From an uncultured Candidatus Saccharibacteria bacterium (lineage in GTDB: Bacteria; Patescibacteriota; Minisyncoccia; Phycocordibacterales; UBA918), in assembly GCA_964492305.1 (NCBI GenBank), contig CAZBJN010000001.1:13926-59288 (forward strand): 45,363 nt of DNA, given 5' to 3'. The first letter of the stretch is position 1; each line of letters opens with the position of its first letter. Under the pieces are notes generated by a model, which saw only the letters and a list, made by a program, of their open reading frames with translations, searched no databases and was not told the origin of the DNA. Position numbers and translations under genes: made by a program. Positions 16,797 through 25,173 of this stretch are shown piece by piece.

Positions 16797-17123
16797 ATGT
16801 TAAAAAAGACAGAAAGACTAAACCGTGCCGCTTTCTCAACCTATTTTGCTAGTGGTAAGCGTACCCACGGCACGTATTTAACTATCATTACTGCTCCGGC
16901 TGAGACACTCCTCTCTTCGGTAGTGGTAGGTAAAAAAGTCTCCAAAAAAGCCCCAACTCGTAACTCCATCAAACGGCGCATTTATGCTCAGTTAGAAACC
17001 TTGGCTAAAAAAGTTGGGTATACTGGAGTGGTTATTATTATTGCCAAGCCTGATACCGCTAAGCTGTCTCGAAAGGACTTCCAAAAGGCTATAGAAGGAG
17101 AGCTTGGACGAGTTATAAATTAA
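16797..17123 (+). CDS. rnpA: RNase P protein component
   Basis: Position after rpmH. Basic region KKAPTRNSIKRRIY (RNR-like motif). ATG at 16797 preferred over the TTG at 16788. Confidence 0.8.
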   Translation: MLKKTERLNRAAFSTYFASGKRTHGTYLTIITAPAETLLSSVVVGKKVSKKAPTRNSIKRRIYAQLETLAKKVGYTGVVIIIAKPDTAKLSRKDFQKAIEGELGRVIN

Positions 17124-17139
17124 GGGTAGAATACCAGGC

Positions 17140-17868
17140 ATGTTTACATATATTTGGCACACATTTTTCTTTGACCCAGTCTACAACGGCCTGGTGTTTT
17201 TTATTGACGTAATACCAGGAGCAGACGTTGGTTTGGCGATTATTGCAACAGTGGTGGTGGTTAAGACCATCCTCCTTCCCCTTTCTATTAAGGCAGCCAA
17301 GACCCAGCGGGTAATGCGGGAGATTGAGCCAAAGCTCAAGGAGATTCGCGAGACTCTAAAAGATAAGAGGCAGGAGCAAGGCGAAGCGATGCTTAAGCTC
17401 TATCGTGAAGCTGGGATTAGTCCGTTTGCGAGTATCTTACTTATCTTCCTCCAAATTCCAATTGTCATTGCCTTGTATTTGTCGGTCAATACTGGTGGTG
17501 GAATTGCTCTCCCAGCCATTAATACAGAAATTCTGTATTCCTTTGTACGGATTCCAGAGTTCGTGAATATGAACTTCCTCGGCATGCTTGATATAACCGG
17601 TAAGAGTCTTGCCCTAGCTCTATTGGCAGGTGTAACACAGTTCTATCAGGTTAAGCTTGCGATGCCAGCGCTACCGCCACGTGATCCAGACGCCGCCCCG
17701 AACTTCAAAGAGGACTTTGGACGCAATATGCAGCTGCAGATGCGTTATGTAATGCCGGTCATCATTTTCTTTGTGGCTTACTACATATCAGCCGCCATCG
17801 CTCTCTACTTCTTTGTTAGTAACCTGGTAGCCATCCTTCAAGAGTTATATATCAAGAAGCATCGGTAG
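17140..17868 (+). CDS. yidC: membrane protein insertase YidC (short form)
   Basis: rpmH-rnpA-yidC synteny. Multi-TM protein. Motif QRVMREIEPKLKEIRE...AMLKLYREAGISPFAS. Confidence 0.85.
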   Translation: MFTYIWHTFFFDPVYNGLVFFIDVIPGADVGLAIIATVVVVKTILLPLSIKAAKTQRVMREIEPKLKEIRETLKDKRQEQGEAMLKLYREAGISPFASILLIFLQIPIVIALYLSVNTGGGIALPAINTEILYSFVRIPEFVNMNFLGMLDITGKSLALALLAGVTQFYQVKLAMPALPPRDPDAAPNFKEDFGRNMQLQMRYVMPVIIFFVAYYISAAIALYFFVSNLVAILQELYIKKHR

Positions 17869-17886
17869 AAATCATACGAATAAAAT

Positions 17887-17916
17887 AAAATCCCTCACCA
17901 ATTGGTGAGGGATTTT
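17887..17916. terminator. bidirectional intrinsic terminator
   Basis: aaaatccctcacc-aatt-ggtgagggatttt hairpin between convergent yidC and the last gene of the secretion cluster. Confidence 0.8.
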
Positions 17917-17931
17917 ATATTGGGGTATGAT

Positions 17932-18735
17932 TTATTGACCGCCTCTTGGTCTACCCTCGCCCGCTTGTGGTCTAGGTTTGTTCGGAGTGAAGCAGCTAAT
18001 TTGGTATTCATTATTGCCGTTTTGGGTTGCCGTAGATACAACATTAGGGTCCCTGGTTCGGCATTGTTCGCGAGCTGCGGTACAGTCAGCCATTTCCAGT
18101 TGTGATGCAGAATTTATGACCTGCTTACAATTATAGATATTAGTCGCACCATAGTTACAAGTTACTATGGTTCCGGAACTTGTTTTTCCTTGCGTTACTA
18201 CACCATTCGGACTTTGATAGCAGGTATCCGCCGCAGCTGTACATGTTTCCGGTGTGGTACACAAAGTTACCACATCACCCTGTCCTGCAACTCGTCCAGG
18301 TAATGGTGCGGTACCAGTTTGGGTAGGAGTGTCTCGAACCGGACGACCCGGTGCTTGAGCGGCCGGCTCAAGGAAGAGTCTCATGGCTCGTAATTGAGGA
18401 TTGATAGTCTCTAGGATGACTACAGCAGAAATAACAATCAAGAGACCAATAAGTGCCCCTTGGATGTCGCTTTTAGCATCTGCCTTTGAGGTCACTACAT
18501 CAGACAGCATGTACTTAACCCCAGCAATAATAATCTTAATTACTGCCAATAAAGCAGCAATACTTATAGATAGAATATACAGGGCATTAATATATTGCCC
18601 GATACTGGCAGTGTTGGCGTCAACTCCAGGGATACCAACCAAAACACGGAATGGAGGTGGAGGGGTTTGGGCAAAAACTATCGCCGGCGTGACGGCAATA
18701 ATAAAAGTGACAACTGAAAGAATTTTATAATTCAT
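17932..18735 (-). CDS. VirB2/TrbC-like pilin-type protein with Cys-rich C-terminal extension
   Basis: Signal peptide MNYKILSVVTFIIAVTPAIVFAQ, then two hydrophobic helices separated by a charged loop (ALYILSISIAALLAVIKIIIAG ... GALIGLLIVISAVVIL). The ~150-aa tail holds 8 Cys within ~95 aa. The family call is by architecture only. Confidence 0.5.
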   Translation of the reverse strand: MNYKILSVVTFIIAVTPAIVFAQTPPPPFRVLVGIPGVDANTASIGQYINALYILSISIAALLAVIKIIIAGVKYMLSDVVTSKADAKSDIQGALIGLLIVISAVVILETINPQLRAMRLFLEPAAQAPGRPVRDTPTQTGTAPLPGRVAGQGDVVTLCTTPETCTAAADTCYQSPNGVVTQGKTSSGTIVTCNYGATNIYNCKQVINSASQLEMADCTAAREQCRTRDPNVVSTATQNGNNEYQISCFTPNKPRPQAGEGRPRGGQ

Positions 18736-19903
18736 ACATCCAAAGGGTGTTATCAAGCTTGTTTATAAAATACAACACTTCCCCAGTGTCGTTAAGATCT
18801 AGATTAATAACATCAAGCTGACGACCACTTTCTTCAAGTGCGTCGAAAAGCAATTCGCCAGTAAGTGAGTTACCATCAAGGAGCCAAACTGAGTCAGAAA
18901 AGGTTATTTCCCCAGTGTACCAATCCTCTTGGTCACGCAGGTTTGTTTTACTACTGTCTTGGGCGCAGATAAAAATACCTTCATCTTCTACTCCAAGACA
19001 TTTCTCAACCAAGACGGCAGAATCAAGTGGCTGACTAACTCCGATTGAGTTATTGAAAAAATAACTCTTAAGTCGTTGCCCTTCAATAATGTTGTATAGG
19101 GTTATGTCGCCACTTTCCCGTGCTGTGAGGCCAAGTCCTTGAATTGGTAGACGAGTAAGTGCACTGCCTGACACTTCATAAAGTTGTCCTTCAAGGGCGG
19201 AGGCTGGTTTTGGATAGACTAAATGTGAGTCTCCTCTTCTACTCCCCCACTCAACTGATGCCTCAAGAAATGGAAGAGTGAAAAGTGGCGTTGAGCTATT
19301 ACTTTGTGGGCTATAAGTTACGGCGCTGCTACTATCTCCATCACGATTGAGGATATAAAGTTCATCGTTGTCATTAAAGGCAGCGTCAAAGGCGTTACCT
19401 TCGTACAATCTTGTGATACTAACAGTTGATGTAGATAGTGCTCCTACAGTTAGCGGCATAAGTTTTGTAGCGCTAGCACCACGCATGGCGTAGTAAAGTC
19501 CAGTGTTTGAAATTTCTGCCGCTACAGTCTGTGGGAAGGTGGTAGCAGAGACACGTAGCGTCTCGCCACTTTGGGTATTGATAGTGTAAACATGTCCGGT
19601 GCCCATTTCAACGTAATACAATAAAGCTGGTGTGGTGGTACTGAGTTGTACTTCTCTAAAACCAGCTACTGGGCCAGTTGTGAGTTGACGGAGTCGTCCA
19701 GCGTCCACGTTTACTACCGGAGCCTCTTCAACTTCAATCGGAGGTAGTATAGCTCCCTCCCCAGTCACTTCTCCCTCAGTGCCTAGGTTGGCAAAGATAT
19801 CGTCGGTGGTAGCTGGTGCTCCATAAACCAATAAATAAGCCCAAACACCCAAGAGAAGCAAGATTACCGCTAGACCACCAATAATAAAGAATTTTTTATT
19901 CAT
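18725..19903 (-). CDS. membrane-anchored hypothetical protein (392 aa)
   Basis: N-terminal TM segment FFIIGGLAVILLLLGVWAYLLVY. Tightly packed in the operon. No family recognised. Confidence 0.7.
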   Translation of the reverse strand: MNKKFFIIGGLAVILLLLGVWAYLLVYGAPATTDDIFANLGTEGEVTGEGAILPPIEVEEAPVVNVDAGRLRQLTTGPVAGFREVQLSTTTPALLYYVEMGTGHVYTINTQSGETLRVSATTFPQTVAAEISNTGLYYAMRGASATKLMPLTVGALSTSTVSITRLYEGNAFDAAFNDNDELYILNRDGDSSSAVTYSPQSNSSTPLFTLPFLEASVEWGSRRGDSHLVYPKPASALEGQLYEVSGSALTRLPIQGLGLTARESGDITLYNIIEGQRLKSYFFNNSIGVSQPLDSAVLVEKCLGVEDEGIFICAQDSSKTNLRDQEDWYTGEITFSDSVWLLDGNSLTGELLFDALEESGRQLDVINLDLNDTGEVLYFINKLDNTLWMYEL

Positions 19904-19906
19904 AGA

Positions 19907-20869
19907 CTAGAAGTTTAATTTAAACTGACCGCGCACTCCCTGGAGTAACGAGCTCAAGTTACGAACATGAAAATCAATAGTTGAGGCTGAGAAAGTTTGA
20001 TTATCGGCCGTTAAGGTTATTTCGTAGGGATTCTGGTTTGGGTTTCGAACCACTGCGCCGTTAATTTTCCATTCAACTAAATCAGGTAGATTATAGGTCT
20101 CAATAGCAAGGTTGTATGGTTCAGCCTGCATAGTGATACTGTCTCCCGTTAGGTTAAGGGATGATACTGAACGGTTACTAAGTCCATAGAGAGAACTCTT
20201 TTCATAAAAATGAAGAGTTGGTGAGACTGATGGTACTGAGACGGTGCGGCGAGCCAATATTTCACCAGTCAAAGTACTAACTTCAAGTCCAATCAAAAAT
20301 GCTGTCCCGGCCGGAGTAGTGATTGAGGTTTTGTTTTTACCACGCTGCGCTCCCCCACCAATTACGGTGTTATTCAAACGCCAGGTGTAGAGTAGATTCC
20401 CGTTAGCAATAGCAGTATTACTTAAAACTGCCGTTAGATTAACTGTACTATCAGCACTAGGAAGGGGTCTGCCGAGATAAAAAGATGGGGTTTTGGTTTG
20501 TGCTTCAACGATAATATCCAAATACCTTGGAGTGACGGTTTGTTTGATCGTTTGGGTTCGGCCAGTACTAAATGTAACCACAGCTTCAATAATTGTTGAT
20601 TGTCCCCCCTCCATAGAACGAAGGTTTAATTCTCGTAGGTTAGCGGCTGATGGTATTACTTCCCCATCAACTTTCCAGGCGATATTGGTTACCCGGTCAA
20701 TTGAAGAATAATCATCTAACGAGGCTGTAAAGGCAGTGTTTGGTTCTGGGTAGGTCGGAGTTATTTTGATTGATATACCTGGTTCAGCAATGCTGGCACC
20801 AATTTGAGCGTGGGTAACAAAAATTGGCAAAAACAGGAATATAAAAATACTTACTAGTACGTGCTTCAT
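19907..20869 (-). CDS. secreted protein with three ~100-aa repeats
   Basis: Signal peptide MKHVLVSIFIFLFLPIFVTHA. The recurring motifs IAWKVDGEVI, YTWRLNNTVI and VEWKINGAVV have their Trp at residues 65, 163 and 266. Confidence 0.7.
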   Translation of the reverse strand: MKHVLVSIFIFLFLPIFVTHAQIGASIAEPGISIKITPTYPEPNTAFTASLDDYSSIDRVTNIAWKVDGEVIPSAANLRELNLRSMEGGQSTIIEAVVTFSTGRTQTIKQTVTPRYLDIIVEAQTKTPSFYLGRPLPSADSTVNLTAVLSNTAIANGNLLYTWRLNNTVIGGGAQRGKNKTSITTPAGTAFLIGLEVSTLTGEILARRTVSVPSVSPTLHFYEKSSLYGLSNRSVSSLNLTGDSITMQAEPYNLAIETYNLPDLVEWKINGAVVRNPNQNPYEITLTADNQTFSASTIDFHVRNLSSLLQGVRGQFKLNF

Positions 20870-20915
20870 ACAGTAATCATAACAAATTAAATTTCATAAT
20901 TACTGCTCCAAGTGG

Positions 20916-21680
20916 TTATTTTGGGTATTTCCAGACCACTGCCACAAAGACCAAAAACCAAGGGAATAGGTTCAAAATTGGGGTAGCGTAGCCAATGATA
21001 GCTATCAAGAAAGCCACATACTTGGTGCCAGAATGTTCACCGGAAAGTGGTTGTATTAAAGACGCCATGTATTGAAAACTGGCGGCACACAAAGTTCCAA
21101 AACCAATCGCAAATACAACCATATAAAGTGCCATAAAAACTCCAGCTCCTATATCGCTAACACTAATTGTTGTGCCAGATATTAACCATGTCCCCCCTTC
21201 CACTGCTCGCTCAACTAACCAGCCACCTATTCTAGTTACCAGATTGCTACTTATACCCGCATCTCCAGCCCCCATGAGACCAAGAAAGATTGTACTAATT
21301 AGGGCAAATATCACTTGTATAGTCCATAGAGACATACCCCAGGCCACAATTGAGGCGCTGACAGTTGTGGTCTTGGCGTACTTAAAAAGCTTCTTGTTGT
21401 TGCGTAACGAAAGTATTGTTTTTCGACCAGGTATGGTGGGTCGTACATTTGGGGTTGAGATAGAGTGCTCAGGCAGATGTGACTTTGCTTGGTCAACAGC
21501 TTTTTTGGCGATTCGTTCTTCGCGTTCACGAAGGGTGGGGTTGACTGAGCTCATTAGCCTTGGATCAGCTTCCACATCAGAAACTAGACCCCGACGCTCA
21601 ACCTTCTGGGCGTTGCGTACCTGGTACTGGTAGGTATTTGGAGATTGCCCTTCGTTAGATTGTCTTTGCGGGAGCGCCAT
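20916..21680 (-). CDS. polytopic membrane protein, hypothetical
   Basis: Hydrophilic ~100-aa N-terminus followed by 4-5 hydrophobic segments. Lies directly downstream of the VirB4-like gene. Confidence 0.65.
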   Translation of the reverse strand: MALPQRQSNEGQSPNTYQYQVRNAQKVERRGLVSDVEADPRLMSSVNPTLREREERIAKKAVDQAKSHLPEHSISTPNVRPTIPGRKTILSLRNNKKLFKYAKTTTVSASIVAWGMSLWTIQVIFALISTIFLGLMGAGDAGISSNLVTRIGGWLVERAVEGGTWLISGTTISVSDIGAGVFMALYMVVFAIGFGTLCAASFQYMASLIQPLSGEHSGTKYVAFLIAIIGYATPILNLFPWFLVFVAVVWKYPK

Positions 21681-21695
21681 ATACGCATAAGTATA

Positions 21696-23498
21696 CTACA
21701 TGCGTGAACTCTGGTATTCTTCGCGGGCTTTTTTGATTTGGAGAAGTTGAGCTGGGTCAGAGGTGATAATTTGGTTTTCTGTATATGAACCGAGAATTCT
21801 AATAGCTACGTGTTTCATACCAACGAAGAATATCCCCTCCCCAACGTTTGATTCTAGAAGCAAGAACTTCTCCTCATCAGTCAGGTTAAAGGTTTTTTGA
21901 ATGTTATCGATAGCCGTTGGTGACTGCTTCATCAAAAATTGCATTGATGAGTTGGTAATCATTGGTACTCCATATGGGGAGCGTAAGAAGTCGTCCACGT
22001 CTTGGGTAATAGTTGCGATACCCAAGTAGTACTTTCTTCCTCGCTTGGCCATACTAAAGAGGAATGAAGCCGTGTCTTCAGATTTCATCATCCACCAAGC
22101 TTCGTCGATAACCAGTAAACGCTTAACCATTCGTCGTCTCACTGACCCCCAGATAAAGTTTGTGATGATGTACATCGCAATGGTCTTGAGCTCATCTTCC
22201 ATGTCTCGTAGTGAGAACACCACAAACTTTTGGTTAATATCAACGTTTGTTGGTTGGTTCATGAACCCAGACCAAGTACCAGAAGTGTACTTTTGTAGTC
22301 GAGTAATAAGTGACGCGCTACCGTCCATACCAGCTAGCACCATCTCAAAGTCAGAGAGAAGTGGTGGTTCTTGGCTACCAAAATCTGAGTCACCGGTAAT
22401 ATCCTTTAGGGCATAGGTTTCTTGGATGGCAAGGTCAAGTACAGTCTCCTCTTCGGGACTGAGTCCACCAAGCATCAAACGGAAAAGACCAATTAATTCA
22501 ATGATGTGACTGCGAAGAATATCGCGCGGATTTTCGTCTGGAAGTGGTGGTGGAAGGTCAAACGGATTAATGTGGTGATCAGAAGAAAGTGAAATATTAA
22601 AGAATCTTCCACCAGTAGCTTCAGCTAGATACTCATACTCACGTTCTGGGTCTAGCACAATCACCTCTGTTCCAAACATCAGTGAACGCAAAATCTCGAG
22701 CTTCAAAGCGTATGACTTCCCTGCTCCAGAAGTAGCAAAGGTTACAGAATTGTAGTTGGTAAGAGAAAATCTATCAAAGAGTACCAAGGATGAATTGTGG
22801 CGGTTTACGCCGTAAAGTACACCAGTGTCAGAAGTTAGGTCAAAAGAGGTAAATGGGAAAAAGCTTGAAAGTGGTGAGGAGTTAAATTTGCTGTGTACCA
22901 ACAGTTGGTCTGTAGCCAGCGGTAAGGTACTTTGCATACCCTGCTCTTGCTGGAATAGGGCCGGCTTGATGTAGACGAGGCGAGCGTCCAAGATTCCTTT
23001 GATGTCATTCTCAGCCTTATTAAGAGCGGCGTCATTTTCGCCGTAGATGGTTATATATAGACCAACATCAAAAAGCTTCTCTTCAGATTGTTGGAGTTTG
23101 TCGCGAAGTTCTTCGAGGTTACGGTAAGCGGCTTCGAGTTGCGGGTCTCGCACTTCCCCCTTCTCAGCTTTGATATTTATTTGGCTCTGTACCTCGGCTA
23201 CCTTTTTCTGGAATTTCTTTAAAGTTTCAGACGTGTCTATAGGATGAATAACAATTGAGACGTCCAATTCCTTTTCGAGATTAAGGATAGGTTCCATCCA
23301 ACCTTCAGTTAAGTATCGTGGGTAGGCCACGGCGTAATACACCCGGGCACTCATGCCACTGATGTTGATACTACGCGGGCCAATATTTATGGCTGAAGGA
23401 GCAATAACGTCAGTCAGTGTAAGTAACTGGTCACTGACTGAAGGCGTACCCTCTACAGGTTGGTTGTTTTTTGGTTGTAGGAAATCAAACAATGCCAT
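21696..23498 (-). CDS. virB4: VirB4/TrbE/CagE-family type IV secretion ATPase
   Basis: Walker A ATSGAGKSYALK, Walker B LLVIDEAWWMM, N-terminal VIAPSAINIG...YPRYLTEGWM pattern typical of VirB4. Start set at MALFDF (23498); the track ORF extends to 23576. Confidence 0.85.
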   Translation of the reverse strand: MALFDFLQPKNNQPVEGTPSVSDQLLTLTDVIAPSAINIGPRSINISGMSARVYYAVAYPRYLTEGWMEPILNLEKELDVSIVIHPIDTSETLKKFQKKVAEVQSQINIKAEKGEVRDPQLEAAYRNLEELRDKLQQSEEKLFDVGLYITIYGENDAALNKAENDIKGILDARLVYIKPALFQQEQGMQSTLPLATDQLLVHSKFNSSPLSSFFPFTSFDLTSDTGVLYGVNRHNSSLVLFDRFSLTNYNSVTFATSGAGKSYALKLEILRSLMFGTEVIVLDPEREYEYLAEATGGRFFNISLSSDHHINPFDLPPPLPDENPRDILRSHIIELIGLFRLMLGGLSPEEETVLDLAIQETYALKDITGDSDFGSQEPPLLSDFEMVLAGMDGSASLITRLQKYTSGTWSGFMNQPTNVDINQKFVVFSLRDMEDELKTIAMYIITNFIWGSVRRRMVKRLLVIDEAWWMMKSEDTASFLFSMAKRGRKYYLGIATITQDVDDFLRSPYGVPMITNSSMQFLMKQSPTAIDNIQKTFNLTDEEKFLLLESNVGEGIFFVGMKHVAIRILGSYTENQIITSDPAQLLQIKKAREEYQSSRM

Positions 23499-23508
23499 AA
23501 ATAGATAC

Positions 23509-24141
23509 TTAGGTGTTAAATACTGGAGCCGCTCCAGTTGGATCAGTTGGATTATAAATGTGATAGTACAGCTCAACCAAATCTTCAGACTTCAAAGGGA
23601 TAGTGCGAACACCAATTCGAGACAGTCCTTGTTCGACTACTGATATACGCTGTTCCAGTTGGATGCGATGCTCTTCAAATTGCATATCAGCTGGGGTGGC
23701 CTTTTGCCCTGGCGAGAAGAATGACGTAATACCTTTGCTGATGTTGATGGCGGCTGGTGTATAAGGGACTACCACAAAGAAACTTTTACTCATAACATCA
23801 ACTTCCGAGGTGAAGGTCCGGATAAAGTCCATGTATTCACGGAGCTGAATTCGCATAAGGTCGTTGTCTTGTAGGCTTTCACGGGTAGCAAGTAGTGCTA
23901 GGTAAGGTTCGATGTTTAGACGTCTTGATTGCACGTAGATTTGGAGTGAGAAATCTAGAGTATTAAGAAAGCTTTGGAATTGATGCAAAATTGCTTGTTG
24001 TTCATCGCCAGATTTCAGGGCAAAGTTAATTGAAGAAGCCAAAAGCACGGAACACATTTGTCCGCTCTTGAGAATAACAACACCATCTTTTATATCTTTG
24101 ATGGCAACAAAATCTTGTGAAGAGGGAGTGGCTTTTGGCAT
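23509..24141 (-). CDS. secretion-cluster protein resembling a VirB4 N-terminal domain
   Basis: 210 aa. The pattern FVAIKDIKDGVVILKSGQMCSVLLASSINFALKSGDEQQAILHQF is reminiscent of N-termini of Gram-positive VirB4-type ATPases. No ATPase motifs are present. Confidence 0.35.
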   Translation of the reverse strand: MPKATPSSQDFVAIKDIKDGVVILKSGQMCSVLLASSINFALKSGDEQQAILHQFQSFLNTLDFSLQIYVQSRRLNIEPYLALLATRESLQDNDLMRIQLREYMDFIRTFTSEVDVMSKSFFVVVPYTPAAINISKGITSFFSPGQKATPADMQFEEHRIQLEQRISVVEQGLSRIGVRTIPLKSEDLVELYYHIYNPTDPTGAAPVFNT

Positions 24142-24142
24142 A

Positions 24143-24562
24143 TTATTCTTTTTTTTGTAAAGCTTCTAATTCGAGGCGTCGTGCTAGTGAGGCGATGTTC
24201 TTTGGGGCGTTTAATGGTGAGGCATTTGGAAGTGGAGCGTCAGGAATTTGCGAAGGGGTGAAGTTGTACTTGTGTACCTGATCTTGCTTCTGCTTCCAGA
24301 GGTAGAGTTTAGTCCCGCCTAAATAGCCAATGATAGCCTCAAGGAAGAATGAGAACGGTCGGTTGTTAACTGGGTAAAAAGCCAAAGCACCGGCCAGGAG
24401 AGCTAGCGGCAAACCAAAGATTACAAAAATAATAAATGGGGTAGTAAAAAATAGTACCACTCCCATCCCTACCCCACCGCCGAGGTAGAGAAACTGACGC
24501 CAGGTAAGTGGACCAAAGATTTTGTCTTCAATCTCAATAAATTGTGGGACTTCAAATCGCAT
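24143..24562 (-). CDS. PrgI-family / VirB3-like membrane protein
   Basis: MRFEVPQFIEIEDKIFGPLTWRQFLYLGGG followed by two TM helices. Start at 24562 is supported by TATAAT exactly 6 nt upstream. Confidence 0.6.
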   Translation of the reverse strand: MRFEVPQFIEIEDKIFGPLTWRQFLYLGGGVGMGVVLFFTTPFIIFVIFGLPLALLAGALAFYPVNNRPFSFFLEAIIGYLGGTKLYLWKQKQDQVHKYNFTPSQIPDAPLPNASPLNAPKNIASLARRLELEALQKKE

Positions 24563-24625
24563 GTTTCTATTATACACGCTTCCTCTCCACTCTTTGTAAT
24601 AATTGAAGTAGACTATCCCCAATTT

Positions 24626-24653
24626 AAAAAGCCTCCCGAGTGGGAGGCTTTTT
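24626..24653. terminator. intrinsic terminator inside the secretion cluster
   Basis: aaaaagcctccc-gagt-gggaggcttttt hairpin. Confidence 0.75.
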
Positions 24654-24664
24654 AACTTAGCCCT

Positions 24665-25159
24665 TTATTTACTTTCGTTGATGATTGCGGACTGAGTACT
24701 GGTGTAGGTGTCTTCGGTGGTACTGCTGTAACCAATTTGTTTTCCATCACTCGCCATGGTGCGAACAGGATTAATTTGGTGTAGTGACTTTTCAATTTCC
24801 GCTAAGTCTTCTTCAATGGATGATTGAGGAAGAGGTGTAGAAGTGACCAATTCTTCCGGTAGAGTAGCCGTACGTACATCGCTTACTATTTGAGCGATAC
24901 ATAGCTTAGCAGTGTCAGGATCAACGCCAAGTTCAACCAATAAGTTCACAATCTCCCCATCTTGTATTGAGCCAAGAGCTAAATAAATATAAGCATTTGA
25001 AAAATTTTTCCGTAAATCAGGAGGAAGCACATACTGGACGTATAAAGCATCAACTGCTTTCATTATTTGCTCTGAGTCGATATACAATTTTACTGTATCA
25101 GGCGCGGCCTGATACTCTGTAGAAAAACTATCGTGGTACTTGATCCAGAAATTGTTCAT
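24665..25159 (-). CDS. hypothetical protein (164 aa, no TM)
   Basis: ORF packed between the VirB6-like gene and the internal terminator. No family recognised. Confidence 0.6.
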   Translation of the reverse strand: MNNFWIKYHDSFSTEYQAAPDTVKLYIDSEQIMKAVDALYVQYVLPPDLRKNFSNAYIYLALGSIQDGEIVNLLVELGVDPDTAKLCIAQIVSDVRTATLPEELVTSTPLPQSSIEEDLAEIEKSLHQINPVRTMASDGKQIGYSSTTEDTYTSTQSAIINESK

Positions 25160-25173
25160 AATAATAGTTTATT

